A stretch of 64,000 bases of DNA from Ginglymostoma cirratum (GCA_024137785.1 JAHRHZ010000040.1:3388237-3452236), one strand, 5' to 3'; counted from the stretch's first letter, positions 38,110 to 50,908 are shown. Notes: generated by a model not told the origin, from the sequence alone. A program made the numbers and translations.

Positions 38110-41100
38110 GAGGCAGTGGCCCAGTGGTATTACCCCAACACTAATCCAGAAACTCTGTTAATGTTGAGGATCGCATTGGTCTGGCCTATATATAAGTCCA
38201 AACCCACAGCAATGTAGTTGACTGACTCTCAACTGCCCTCTGAAATGGCCTAGGAAGACACTCTGTTTGTATTGATCACTACAAAGTCTGAACAAAAAAT
38301 TGAAACTGGATGCACCACCTGGCATTGACCTAGCTGCTGGAAGAGACAATGGCAAAAATAGCCTTGTCAACCCTGCAATGTCGTCCTCCTATCTGGGTGC
38401 TAGTGCCAAAATTAGAGCTGTCTCTCGGACTAGTCCAGCCGCAGCCTAACAGTCGTACTCACTGAATCAGACATTACAATGTCTCAAATACCACCATCAT
38501 CATCTCTGAATATGTGCTCTCCAACCTGCAGGACAGACCCAGCAGAGGTGGCAGCACAGTGGTATACACTTGGAAGGGAGTTCCCCTGGAAGTCCTCAGT
38601 GTTTGACTCCAGACTTCTTGAAGTCTCATGGTTTCAGGTTACACGTGAGCAAAGAAACATCCTACTGATTTACCAAGTATAGTCCACCTTCCACTGAGGA
38701 TGGCAACAGCACATCACATACACTGGGTTTAGGATTTCAATGTCTGCCATCAAAAGTGGCTTGGTAGCAGTGTTACTGATCGACCTGGTCAGGTCCCAAA
38801 GGACACAGTTGCTAGGCTGGGTCTGCAGCAGGTGGTGAAGGAAATAACGAGGGAAGAGCATACTTGACCTCCAGCATACCAATTTGCTGGCTGTAGATGA
38901 CAGTATCAGTGAGAGTCAGTATCGCAAAGTCTTTGTGGAGACGAAGTCCCACCTTCTCATTGAGAATATTCTACATCGTGTTAGTATCACCATGCTAACT
39001 GGGACAGATTTAGCACCACAAGACTGAGCATCCATTGAGGTGCTTTCAGCCATCAACAGCAACAGAATTGTGCTCCCGTGCAATCTGCAATGACATGGCA
39101 CAGCATATCCCCTGCTCAACCATTACCATCAAGCCAGGGGATCAACCTTGCTTCAATGGAGGGTGCAGAAGGGCATGCTAGGAGCAGCACCAAGTGGACC
39201 TAAAAAGGAGGTGTCAACCTGATCAAGCTACCAAAGAGTATTACTTGCATCCCAAACAGCATAGCTAGCATGTGTCGAACAAAGCTAAGTGATCCCACAA
39301 TCAAGGGACCAGATCTAAGCTCTGCAGTCCTGCCACATCCAGTTATGAATGGTGCTGGACAATTCAACAACTCAACGGTGGAGAAAGCTCCACAAATCTC
39401 CCCGTCCTCTATAATGGAAAAACCCAATATATCAGTGCCAAAGATAAGGCTGAAGCATTTGCAACAGTCTTCAGCCAGAAGTGCTAAGTGGATGATCTAT
39501 CTCTGCCTCCAGAGCTCCCCAGCTTCACAGATGCTAATCTTCAGCTAATTCGATTCTCTCCACATGATATCAAGAAACAGCTGGAGGCACCGGATACTGA
39601 AAAGGCTATGGGCCCTGACAACAATCTAGCTATAGTGCTGAAGACTTGTGCTCAAGAGCATGCTACTCCCTTAGCCAGGCACTTTAGTGCAGTTACAGCA
39701 CTGGCATCTACCCAACCAATATGGCAAATTGTCCAGATATGTTCTGTACACACATAGCAGGACAAATCCAACCCAGCCAATTACCACCCCATCAGTCTAC
39801 TCTTGATCACCAGGAAGATGTTGGAAGGTGTCAACAGTAGTGCTATGAAGCAGCACCTGCTTAGCAATAACCTGTTCACTGATGCCAATTTGTGTCCCAC
39901 CAGGGCCACTCAGCTCCTGACCTCATTGACTAGACCACTGACCAGAAACTCAACCGGACTTACTGTATAAATCTAGTAGCTACAAGAGCATTTCAGAGGC
40001 TACAAATACTATGGAGAGTACCTCCACGTCCTGACTCCTAAGCCTGTCCACCACCTACAAGTCAGGAATACGATAGAATACCCCCAACTTGCCTGGGTGG
40101 GTGCTGTTCCAACAACACTCAGCAAGCTTCTTGCCATCCACGACAAAGCAGCCTGCTTGATTTGGCACCAAGTCCAGAAGTGGCAATGGTTCATGGATAA
40201 AAGTACTGAATTCCAGAGGTGAGGTGAGTGTGACAATCCTTGGCTTAACAGCCATGTTCAACGGTGTGTGGCCTCAGAGTCTGTCCAAAACTGGAATTAG
40301 TGAGTATCAGGCCAAACTCTCTGGCTGGGGTCATACCTGGCACATAAGAAAATTGGTTGTGGTTGTTGGCGGTCAGTCATCTCAACTCAAGGGCGTCTCT
40401 TTAGGAGTGCTTCAGGCTAATGTTCTGGGTCCATCCATCTGTTTCTCTTAATGTTCTTCCCTCCATCATAAGGTTTGAAGTGGGGATGTTCACCACTGAT
40501 GCTGCAAATGGTGTTGAACATTGTGCCACATCAGCTACTGAAGCAGTCGATGCTCATGCTGCAAGATCTAGGCTTGAGCTGACAAGTGGCAAGTGACGTG
40601 TGGCATACAAATGCCAGGCAATGACATTTCTAGTGATAGACAATCTAACCACTGCCCCTTGACATTCAGTGGTGTTACCAAATCTGAATCCCCCACTACG
40701 TCCTGGAAGGTTACCATTGACCAAGAACTCAACTGGACTTGCTGTATAAATACAGCAGCAAGAAGAGGAGAGGCTAGGAGTACTGCAGCGAATCACTCAC
40801 CACCTGATTCCCCAAAGCTTGTCTGCAATCTACAAGGTACAAGTCAGGTATGCAATGGAATACTCCTTACTTGAGGAATGGAAGGGTGCAACTCCAACAG
40901 TAATTGAGATTGATACCATTCAGGATGAAGCAGTCCAGTTGATTGGCACCATAACCACTCACTCCTCCTCCAATGCTCAGCAACAGTAGTATGTACTATC
41001 TACAAGAAGCACTGCAGAAAATCACCAAAGATCCTCAGACAGCACCTTTTGTACACCGTCAACCACTTTCATCTATAACGATGAGGGCAGCAAATACATG

Positions 41101-41350
41101 GAAATACCACCACCTGCAAGTTCCCCTCCAAGCCACTCATAATCCCGACTTGGAAATATATTGCCGTTCCTTCACTGTCACTGGGTCAAAATCTTAGAAT
41201 TCTGTCCCTAATGGCATTGTAGGTCAAACCTACAGTGTGTGGATTGCTGTGGCTCAAGAATGCAACTCACCATCACCTTTTGCAACTAGGGATGGGCAAT
41301 AAATACTGGCCTGCCAGCAATGTCCACGTCCTGCAAATGAATGAAAAATG
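38110..41350 (+). mobile_element. Near full-length decayed APE-RT LINE (CR1/L2-group-like) with tRNA-like 5' head and no visible ORF1
   Basis: A-box-like TGGCCCAGTGG at about 38117; APE remnants from about 38390 (VVLTES, QDRPSRGG.TVVY); KAMGPDN at 39601; DKSNPANYHPISLL at about 39761; GVLQANVLGP at about 40403; tail gggcaataaatactggcc...aatgaatgaaaaa. Confidence 0.8.
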
Positions 41351-42502
41351 TTTTGCCCTGCATCTCCCAGATGCCAGTGGTCATACATCAAATCAAGTTG
41401 GCCATGCTAGGAAAGCTCTAATGCGAAGTTGTTGAAGTCAGTATTTGGATCAAAACAGAGGGAAAAGGTGAGATGTTGGTCCTGTAGCTTCCATTGAGCT
41501 TGATTGAAATAGTGGAGGAAGCCAAACTGAGGTTAGTGTGTTGTGGGAAGCAGTTTTTGAAGTAATGGGGAGGTTAGGCTCATAATTTGAGCCAGAATGC
41601 AAGTTATTGGCAAATTGCTCACTTTTTTTTTTGTTCCCCTGCCCACTGTGTATTAATTGCAGATTGCAACATAAGGAACAAATACATTTCGTCCACACAA
41701 AGGGAGTGTATGTGTATTGCTCTCTCCTGTACAGGGCGAGATGACTCAGCGGACCTTGTAACTGCCACAAATGACTAGGAGGTGATGAGGACTGCAGCTG
41801 CAGTTATTTTTAGTTGATTTGTTTCAACATTTTATGACACGTGGGTTCAAGTCCTACTTGCCCCATGTCTTCTGGCCCAGAGGTAGAGACACTACCACTA
41901 CACACAAGCTGTAGGACTTCAGCTGGAAGTGAGGATAATGAATTAGTGAACATTTGGAGAAGAAGAGGGAAGTAACGCTTGCTGTTGGATTTTATTTTTG
42001 AATGAAAAGAACCTGGTGAAAGTAAAAACTAATAAAGTAGGAAGCGAATCTAGCTGCACGAGAGAAGAGCAAGATGATGAAAATGATATGGATGTGGGAA
42101 ATCTCAGCTGAGAAGTTTGGCAGGCAAATTTGAAGTAGTCATACAAACTAGAAGATTCTGGTGGAGATCATCATATTATGATCAAGGAATGTCTCTGGAA
42201 ATTCAGTTTCCAATGTAGAAAGGGAAATCCTTTGTAAGGTAAGAGTCTAATGGGACTATGTTAGTAAAGGGTTCAAAATTAGATACAAAGGTAATTCTTG
42301 ACTAATAGAATTTCATATAAAAAAAAGAGCAACCGACAATAGCTTGGATTTAGATAGTGTTTTTATTTTAAAACAAAGCCACTTGGGCATTTTAAGTATT
42401 CACATACAGAATTGGACAGGGAGCCATATTGTGCCTTAGAAAGAAGGTTGAAAGGTTTACCAAACAAGTAGATTTAAGAGTGTCTCTTGGGGTAAGTTGA
42501 AA

Positions 42503-43220
42503 AGTCAGAGTCACACAGCATGGAAACAAACCCTTTGGTCCAACCAATCCATATCGACCGTAATCCCAAACCAAACTTGCCCCACCTGTCTGCTCCTGGC
42601 CCTTATCCCTCCAGATCTTTCCTATTCATGTGCTTATCCATATGTCTTTTAAGCATTGTAATTGTACCCGCATCTACCACTTCCTCTGGAAGTTCATTCC
42701 ACACATGAACCACCGTCTGTTGGGGGTGGGAGAGGAGGGGGGAGCGAGGAATGCCCCTCATGGTCTGTTTTAACTCCCTGTCCTCTCACCTTACAAATGT
42801 GCCCCCAGTCTTGAAATCCCCCATCCTAGGAAAAAGACAAATGCCGTTAACCCTATCCATACCCCTTGTTATTTTATAAACTTCTACAAGGTTGCTTCTC
42901 AACCTCCATACGCTCCAGTGAAAATAGCCCCAGCCTGTCTAGCCTTTCTTTATATCTCAAACTATCAATACCTGGCAACATCCTGCTAAATCTCTTCTGA
43001 GCCTCCTCCTCCAGCTTAACAATATCCTTACTATAACTGGGCAACCAGAACTAGGCACAGTATTCCAGAAGAAGCCTCACCAATGTCTTGTACAACCTTT
43101 AACATGACTTCCCAACTCCTATCCTCCAAGCACTGAACAGCGAAGGCTAGCATGCCAAATGTCTTTTTTAACCATCTTGTCTGTATGTGACGTAAACTTC
43201 AAAGAATTGTGTACCTGACT
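42503..43220 (-). mobile_element. CR1-type LINE 3' fragment
   Basis: Reverse-strand 3' end (gagtcacacagcatggaaacaaaccctttggtcc) and an LEYCA*FW-like segment. Confidence 0.8.
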
Positions 43221-45647
43221 CTTTCCTCTCCCCCCCCCCCCCCCCACCCCCCCAAACCCCCGGTATGGTACTGTGAAAATCGGGAACGCGCAAGAGGTCA
43301 GCATTAAGGTGTTGGAGATGAAATGGGCAAGGGAGTGGAAGGATTGGAAAACTAGGGCGAGTGAGATGAGGGCAAACTTATTTACTCAGTTGTTAGGATT
43401 TCTAATGTGCTGCCTGGGAGAGTTGAATTCCATAGGAGGATATATATTTGGAAGTGATTAACGTTAGAGGGCTACAGAAAGAGGACTGGAGAATGGGACC
43501 AGCAAGTGAGGCTCGCTAGGTAGCTATTTCGGGATCCAGTACAGACGTGATGGGTCAAATGGCCTCCTTCTGTGTTGTATAACTCTGATTCTATAAAATA
43601 CTTATTGAGGAATTCACCAGTACTCCTCTGGTACTTCAAACTTTGCATCTGGTTCCCACACTTGTAACATTGGCCTAAATGAATATGCTTCTGTATGTGT
43701 ACTTTTGGGAAGAATGGAATTTTTTGTTCTGGGTGCATCTTTCAAGTGTTGTTTTCCTGCATTTTATGCATTTCTTTCAATCAAAAATAGAAAACCTTTA
43801 GATTATCCTGCTTCCAGCTTTCAAAAATCATTGTGTTCGGCTGTGACTACAAAAGGCATTCCTCATTTTGGGCTTCTCTTCAGCGATTTCTCTGCCTCCC
43901 AACCTGAACCCTTTTTTGGTTTGTTCAGATCTTTTTTTAAGCCTCTCATCTCACTTCTAGTTTCCAGTCCTGATCAAAGGTCTTTGTGCACAGCATATTT
44001 GTATACACCCAGATATTAAAATAAAAACAAAGCACATCTGACAGGATCTGTGAAGAGAAAACCTGTAAAATGTTTCAGGTCATGTCCTTTGACCTGAGCA
44101 TGCAAGGGTTAGAAATGTGACTTTTTAAGGAGGTAAAATGGGAGATGATGAGGGGAAACCCAAGGGGTGCTGAATGGCAGGACAGAGGACAGGAATCATC
44201 AATGAAGAAAATATTGAAAAGCTGCAGGGAATGGTATTTGACAAGTAAATAAACAAAAAATGGATCCTTACACTTGAAGGTTGTTGTATTAAAATTTTGC
44301 ATTAGATGAATAGTCAATCTGTAAAGCAGGGCACAGATACAGTAAGTCATTATTGCTGAAGAGTATTCAGTGTTGTTTTTTGTGATACCATGTGGCACCA
44401 AGATCTTTCAATGTGGTAAGGGTAATGATCCAAAGAGAGTTGACTGTTGAGATATCTGTAATTGTCAATATATCTAAAATTTGAGAGTAAAATTTCATTT
44501 GGAGTGGGGTGAAATACCCATAGAGGCAGTCACTAAGGAATGAAATGTGGCTGTGACAGTAAGATATGGTAGATATGTGCTCAAGCATGAAAAGGAAAGT
44601 AGAAAGGATCAAAGATGAGCAACATAAAAGACACAAATTGAGAGAAGAGCAGAATTTCTTCAAGGTCAGCCTTCCCGGAAGAGCAGTGGCAATGAATGAA
44701 CCACTAGACAACTTTGTCAAAATGAGTGAGTGTTAGAAATATAGTAGCTTTTGAGGTAAATGGGGGAGTGTAAAAGAAAATCGAAAATGAAGCTCTGTGA
44801 TACTGAAATATTCAAATGCTGGAATTGTTTGTCAAATGTCAACCTGTCTTTTCTTTTTTCAGATGCTGATGGCCACTTTAACAAATAAAGTTGCAGGGCT
44901 CTGTGAATAGAGCTGGGGAATTCTTTGCAGCTTTTTAAATATTACAAAACTTTGTATTTTAGTTTCTCAAACTTTACAGTTAAAAATTGTTGTTCAGGTG
45001 GGGCTGGGGTGTAACTTTTTTCACTCTTGACTGTCTCTGAAATTTCAGTACCAGTAAAAATCTGCATTCTGAATTTGAGTAGAGGCCAATTCAAAGTTTG
45101 TCTACATGGAGCCTCCTGTGGATCTCAGAATTTAAATTAATTTTCCCATGAATTTATCAACATACATAGACTAGCCAATCTGGGTATTTTGATTTAGGAT
45201 GTACCTATCAATGAAACAGCGTGATCCCCTATCCCAATTCACATTTCAAGGCCCACAAGATGCGATCAAAATATTCTAACAAATAGGAATTACAATTGGC
45301 AATAGACATGCATTGCCTAGTTTTGTGGACTGGGTTTCTCGATCTCTCAGCTGCATCTACGCTATCAGACTTAAGTTTGGGAATATGCAATGGACAGAAT
45401 TTTTTTTCCCAGTTTAGTATACTTGGGAATTATTGTCAGTTGCTTCATTTGTCATATGTGGAAAGTTGAGATGGACATGACATGTACTGAAAACTATTGT
45501 ACTTCTAATTTTCTAAAATAGTCTTGCTATATGTTCAGTCTGTCTTTTGGGTCATGGGCTTGGCCGTAATTAATGTTTTGATTGAGAGAAATCTTTTGTC
45601 GTCTTTATTATTTACATATTTTCCTTTTATATTGCTGCCTGCTACAG

Positions 45648-45731
45648 TTGATGCATTTGTAGCACCACCACCTACAATCAGTGCCTCTCCTGCTAAATCA
45701 GAATCTTCAGCTGTAATTGATCTATTTGGTG
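45648..45731 (+). CDS. SNAP91: AP180 exon, 84 nt, phase 1-1, VDAFVAPPPTISASPAKSESSAVIDLFG
   Basis: gctacag| ... TTTGGTG|gtgggt. Confidence 0.94.
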
Positions 45732-46299
45732 GTGGGTATACCTCTACAGATTTCTTTCCACGTTAAACATTTGTTCAGTTGTGGCCATCGATAAGCTGTT
45801 TTAAACTGAAATAGCAGAATAGTGGAATATAATGAAGGACTTTAATGCTGTTCAAAATAACTAATGACTAAAAATATATTTTTAAAGTAAAAAATGTAGA
45901 ATTTTTTTCATATGCAATTGTTGGTTCATCAAAATCTACCGAAGTAACAAAATGATTGTGCTGCTTTAAGGCATGTTGTCATGCGGTAATAAGAACTTGA
46001 TATTTTCATCGTAATATAACTGAACATTTAAACTAATAATTGAAATGTGTTAGTGTCAAATTTGTATGATGTACAATTGGTTAATGTAACTCTGGATAGA
46101 GGTTGAAATAACAATATTATATCCATTGTTCAGCAACTTGAACTTAGATTTGAGCCTTTCCTTTGTGTTAAAGTTTGATTCCTCATCTCATGAAATGCAA
46201 CGTGATTTTATTTTGCTGATGTTTGTGAAGACCGTTTAGTCTAAGTTAGGTGCTTTTCTTTCTTTTTTTTGTGCTGCATTTCTTGGATCACAATATTAG

Positions 46300-46383
46300 A
46301 CGCTTTTGGTAGTTCTACTACTGAGTCTCAGCCTGCCACTCAGGCTGTTTCCAGTTCATCTGCTTCTTCGGACTTACTAGCTG
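46300..46383 (+). CDS. SNAP91: AP180 exon, 84 nt, phase 1-1, DAFGSSTTESQPATQAVSSSSASSDLLA
   Basis: aatattag| ... TAGCTG|gtaact; missed by the ORF track. Confidence 0.94.
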
Positions 46384-47963
46384 GTAACTGACCTTTTGTT
46401 AATTACGCAAGGGGAGGGGAGAAGACTAAATGCTCAAAAGATGGTTCTTTACCATTTTGGAGTATCACTGCATTTATTTATGCCTGTTGTTCCAGATTGA
46501 AGCTTGTTTGTAACAGTGCAGTTTTCTTAAGGGAGTGAGACTACACAAAATTTCAGAGCTGACTCTTGTTGTAGTGAAATTAGGACAACTTGTTAAGCAA
46601 CAAAATTTGTACACTCGTGAATGCGGTCAGTATCCTGGTTCAAGTAATCCTTCCCACTAACAACTATAAAAGGTTTCAACACTTCCCCTCACTTCTCCCA
46701 ATGTTGCATTCAAATCTGCACACAGAGTCTCTTCACTTCCATTTTTAGCCGCTGAGTCAAGGCCTTGTATCCGGCTGACCTTGCCATTGTACTTGGATCT
46801 CTGAACATATTTATTAATGATCACTGAGGGGAAGGAGGGAACATGCACAATACTACCCTAAAAAGCTCTTGTAGCTACTTCTAATATACGTGTCACCCCT
46901 CATCCCCAAGCATTTGCTGTACACCGAAATCAGAGATCAGCTACTTGCCACAACTGACATACCTGCAGACAAAGACTTCAGCAAGAGAAGAAAATCCAGG
47001 CAAAATATGTCCTGGGAAGGTGTAATTGGGGACACAGGACAAAACATTGAAGTGTAAGACTACCTTGGAAAATCTGAAGTAGCTGGTCATGTTGTATCAG
47101 TGTGATCTTAACTTGACTGCAGCCAGACTGGCCTTGTTTCCTAAGCATGCATTTGGAATCTAAACCTTCATGTGTCAGCTGCTCATTCAAAATGTGCATA
47201 AAAAGGAATCTAAAGTACAAAATGTAGAATGTACAAAAAGGTATGCCATTCATATATTAGTTTTTGTATTGTGATAACTTACTGCTTTGTTAATGTAAAT
47301 GAGAATCCAGCGCAACATAGTCTTGCCTCCCTAAAATATAACTAATTAGGGTTGCATTTTCAACTGTTCACAAAAATATTGTGCAGTCATTTAGGATAGT
47401 TTGATTTTAAAGGGTGGTCAGTTAAGTTTCTTTTATGGCCGAGGAGAGTGAAAAGAATCTCTCCTAGTGAGCGGAGGTGCTTCAGCTTGGATGGTTCTTC
47501 GGGACTAACAGTCTGGTTTGAACCACTTCCTGAAATAGCTGAGACTGTATATATAAAAGATATGCTTCTGTGCAACTAACAGCAACACGGGGACATAATT
47601 TCATGAAAGGCAGGAGGTTTAGAGGGAATTTGAGGAAACTTTCTTTTCACCCAGAGGGTGGTGGGAATCTAAAATGCATTGTCGAGTGGGCATGTGAGGC
47701 AGGAAGCTTCAGTACCTTTTTGGATGAGCATTTACAATGTCATAATGTCCAAGGCTATGGGTCAAGTGGTGGAAAGTAGAACTAGTTTAGATTTAGAGTA
47801 ACGTTGTCAGTACAGGCTCAATGGGCCAAAGGATTCAATCCTTTTATACATTATGGTTCAAAGAATGCTTCCAAGAGGAGGCATAAACACTCCAATAGGA
47901 TCAGTAATGAAAAGAAAATACGTACACTGCATTTTATTTTTAAAAAAATCTGTTTTCTCTAAG

Positions 47964-48089
47964 GTTTTGGAAATACATTTATGACACCGACAGCTACGCC
48001 AATGCCACCAGCACAGAATAATGTTTTGCAGCCTGACTTTGAAACAGCATTTGGTATGACAGCCACAAGTAACACCTTTGATTCTTCGG
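47964..48089 (+). CDS. SNAP91: AP180 exon, 126 nt, phase 1-1, GFGNTFMTPTATPMPPAQNNVLQPDFETAFGMTATSNTFDSS
   Basis: ttctctaag| ... TTCGG|gtaagg; matches GFGGSFM..AQNNLLQPNFEAAFG. Confidence 0.94.
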
Positions 48090-49493
48090 GTAAGGGAAAG
48101 AAAATGCTTTTATTTGAAGACAGAAAGAAATCTTTTGAAAATTACCGCTGTTTTTAACCAGTAATTTCAATAAATCAAAAATCAACTTATCAGATTTAGA
48201 ACTTAAATGAATGTCTATTTGAGAATCACTTCGAAAGCGACAACTGTTCAGCTATTTGTAATAATTTTTAAGTTGTCAAAAAGGGAAGTGTTTCAATCAG
48301 CTAGCAGTTATCACCAGTGGTTATAATTTGAACATGCATAAGGGAATATTTTACTGCACATTTTTTTTTTAAAAAAAAAACACTTGCATTTTAAGTTATA
48401 GCTTCTTTTATTAGTTCTCTGCTTACCATTATTATTCATGTTTTGTCAGGAAGTATGAAACAATGACTAGTGTGTATTCTGTTTCTTCAGTTTTGATATT
48501 AAATGAATTATTAAATGTTTTCGGTTTAATTGTTTGACAAATTTTTGCCTCCGACATGAATGTTTAACTTATTCCAGTGCATGCTTTCGTTAGCATTATT
48601 TTAGTATTCAAAGATGAAATTAGTTTAGTTGGTTAACACCAATTGAGACTCCCTAATTTTGTGGCTGATTTGTGTTGCAAAACCATGAATGCTTGGGTGA
48701 ATTCTTGCAAATTCTAATTGTAATGTACGCAGCTGTGCAGTGAAAGCCTTTTCACTTTAAGCATTATTATGCAACATATTGCCAGTCTGCATTGTTGCTT
48801 GGCTCTCAAATTCTGCATGAGCTGTGCTCCTGCTGAATTAAAAGTAAACCTGACATGGAACAGCTACTGCTGTTCAATATTGAGCCAAAGCTTTCAATTC
48901 CTAATGGTGCTATCGTATTTTCTCTTCTATTTCACGCCATCAACGTTGGCACCTTATTTGATGTGATTTCATTATTGGTGAGTTTTTTCCTTACTTGTGA
49001 CTTGGCTTAATTTTTACTATGATATACTGTAAGCTTATAGCATTTTTAGTGTGTTGTACACATTTTCTTTTAACTGACTAACAAATGGCAAACTTTGCTA
49101 ACGTGCTTTTCTAAATTCAAATTAACATAATTGCAAAGCAATGCCAGATTGACTCTTTTGATACTGCTGTGATCACCAAATGTACTCCACCTCAACTTTG
49201 AAGTAGTCGGGGTATACATAATACTTTTAACTCTGCCCAAAGGCCGGGAAGGTGATGTTTTGATCAGTGTATCCATCTTGTAATGCATACAGTTTATACA
49301 GCTTTTTCCAAAAGAGGTTGATTTAATGTGCATGTATTTATTCTTTGTGGTTAGTTTGCTATGGAACCTTAACGTGGCTCATATAAATGTATGGGATTGT
49401 TCGTATGAAAATGGTAGAGCTAAAAAAAATAGAAACTGTTTATTGAGTTCCCCACTCCTGTGTATTAATCCTCTCCTTTTTTGGCTGTCAAAG

Positions 49494-49640
49494 TTTTTGA
49501 TGGCTTAGGTGACCTCCTTATGCCCACAATGGTGTCACAGAATCAAGCTGTACTTTCAGGAATGCCAGCACCAGCAGGAACACAGCCAGTGAAAAGCCTA
49601 GGGAGTGATCTTGATTCTTCCCTTGCAAATCTTGTAGGAA
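49494..49640 (+). CDS. SNAP91: AP180 exon, 147 nt, phase 1-1, VFDGLGDLLMPTMVSQNQ...KSLGSDLDSSLANLVG
   Basis: gtcaaag| ... GGAA|gtaagt; possible alternative acceptor giving a start at 49509. Confidence 0.95.
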
Positions 49641-50184
49641 GTAAGTTGACAAGTTTTTTGTTTTGAAGTTCTCTGTAATATTTCCATTTACCATTCGCTA
49701 GTTTACGAAGACAAGTTGAATTATATAGTTTATACTTTGTAATCATGAAGTATTAACATGTAGCTAATAGTGATGAGAACCTGAAATTGAGACAATATGT
49801 GCTTATTAATTTTACAAGCTACATTATTATAAAAATATTGTTTTGATTAAATTCAGAGGTTATAGGGCTATTTAAAACAACCAAGTGTGGATAAAGTACA
49901 ATTGAATATTCACATATTGAAAATAACCAGTTTTCCATTTACTACTGTACAAGTGTTGAAAGTTTTTGCATGATAATAAATTGAGAGAAGTGATCAATGA
50001 GCAATAATTGCAAGGAATTTGGATAGGGTTAGTCATTGGACAGGGAGGTGACAGCAAAGGTTTGATATGAATGTAGTTAATTTTGTGAGCTGTGGGAGAA
50101 TGGCAATACAGTATGTTGTATATCTGCACCTTCATTAAGCTTTTAATAAAGAGCAGCTGAATTGAAGCCCATCAGGTTGAAGAA

Positions 50185-50427
50185 AGATTGCACTTTTCAC
50201 AATCACTGGATGTCTTAAAGTACTTTATAGCCATTCAGTCATTTATTGAAATCACTCATGATACAGAGAGCACTGCAGCTATTTTGCGCTGAGCAAACTC
50301 TCTCAAAGAGGCAGTTTGACAGTGATGCAATGATAACAGTGTTGTCTGTTTTGGCACGTTTATTGAAGATAAATAGTGACCAGAATGCCAGGGATACCGT
50401 CTCTGCGCTTTGAAATAATTCCATGAG
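50185..50427 (-). mobile_element. Probable Deu-domain SINE (SacSINE1/AmnSINE1-like) body and tail
   Basis: Reverse complement resembles the recalled consensus (atgg...tatttcaaag...cctggc...tatttatcttcaa...gtttgctcagcgcaaaatagctgc...atggctataaagtacttt). Confidence 0.55.
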
Positions 50428-50628
50428 GGGACGGTAGTGTAGTGTTAATGCCCTCGGCCTAGTAATCCAGAAGCCCAGGCTCTCATTCTGGGGACAGGGG
50501 CTTGCGTTCCATCAGCGCAGCATGTTGAATTTAAATTCAGTTAAATCTGCAGTATAAAACTAGTTTCAATAACTGTGACCATTAGACAATATTGTAATTT
50601 GTTGTAAGAAGCCATCTTGCTCACTAAT
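50428..50628 (+). mobile_element. tRNA-like head of a second copy of the same SINE/LINE, apparently continuing at 52640-52905
   Basis: ggtagtgtagtgttaatgccctcggcctagtaatccagaagcccagg...; resumes at 52640 and runs into NMWGFVQKSGVLSHRL (APE N-terminus). Confidence 0.68.
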
Positions 50629-50908
50629 ATAGGACAGGAAGGTAAGGGGGTGTGGTGTAGCTCTGATATTTAAGGATGATGTCAGGTCAGTCGTGAGATA
50701 TGATATAGGTTCTGTGGAGAATGAGGTTGAATCCATTTGGGTGGAAATGAGCAATTCTAAGATGGAAAAAGTCACTGATAGGTGTAGTCTATAGGCCACC
50801 AAATAATCTCCCGTTGGGGTGGGCAAAAACCAAGAAATAACTATTGTCTGTTTAAAAAAAAAAAAAAAAAGGTACAGCAATTAACAGGGGGATTTTAATC
50901 TACGTGTT

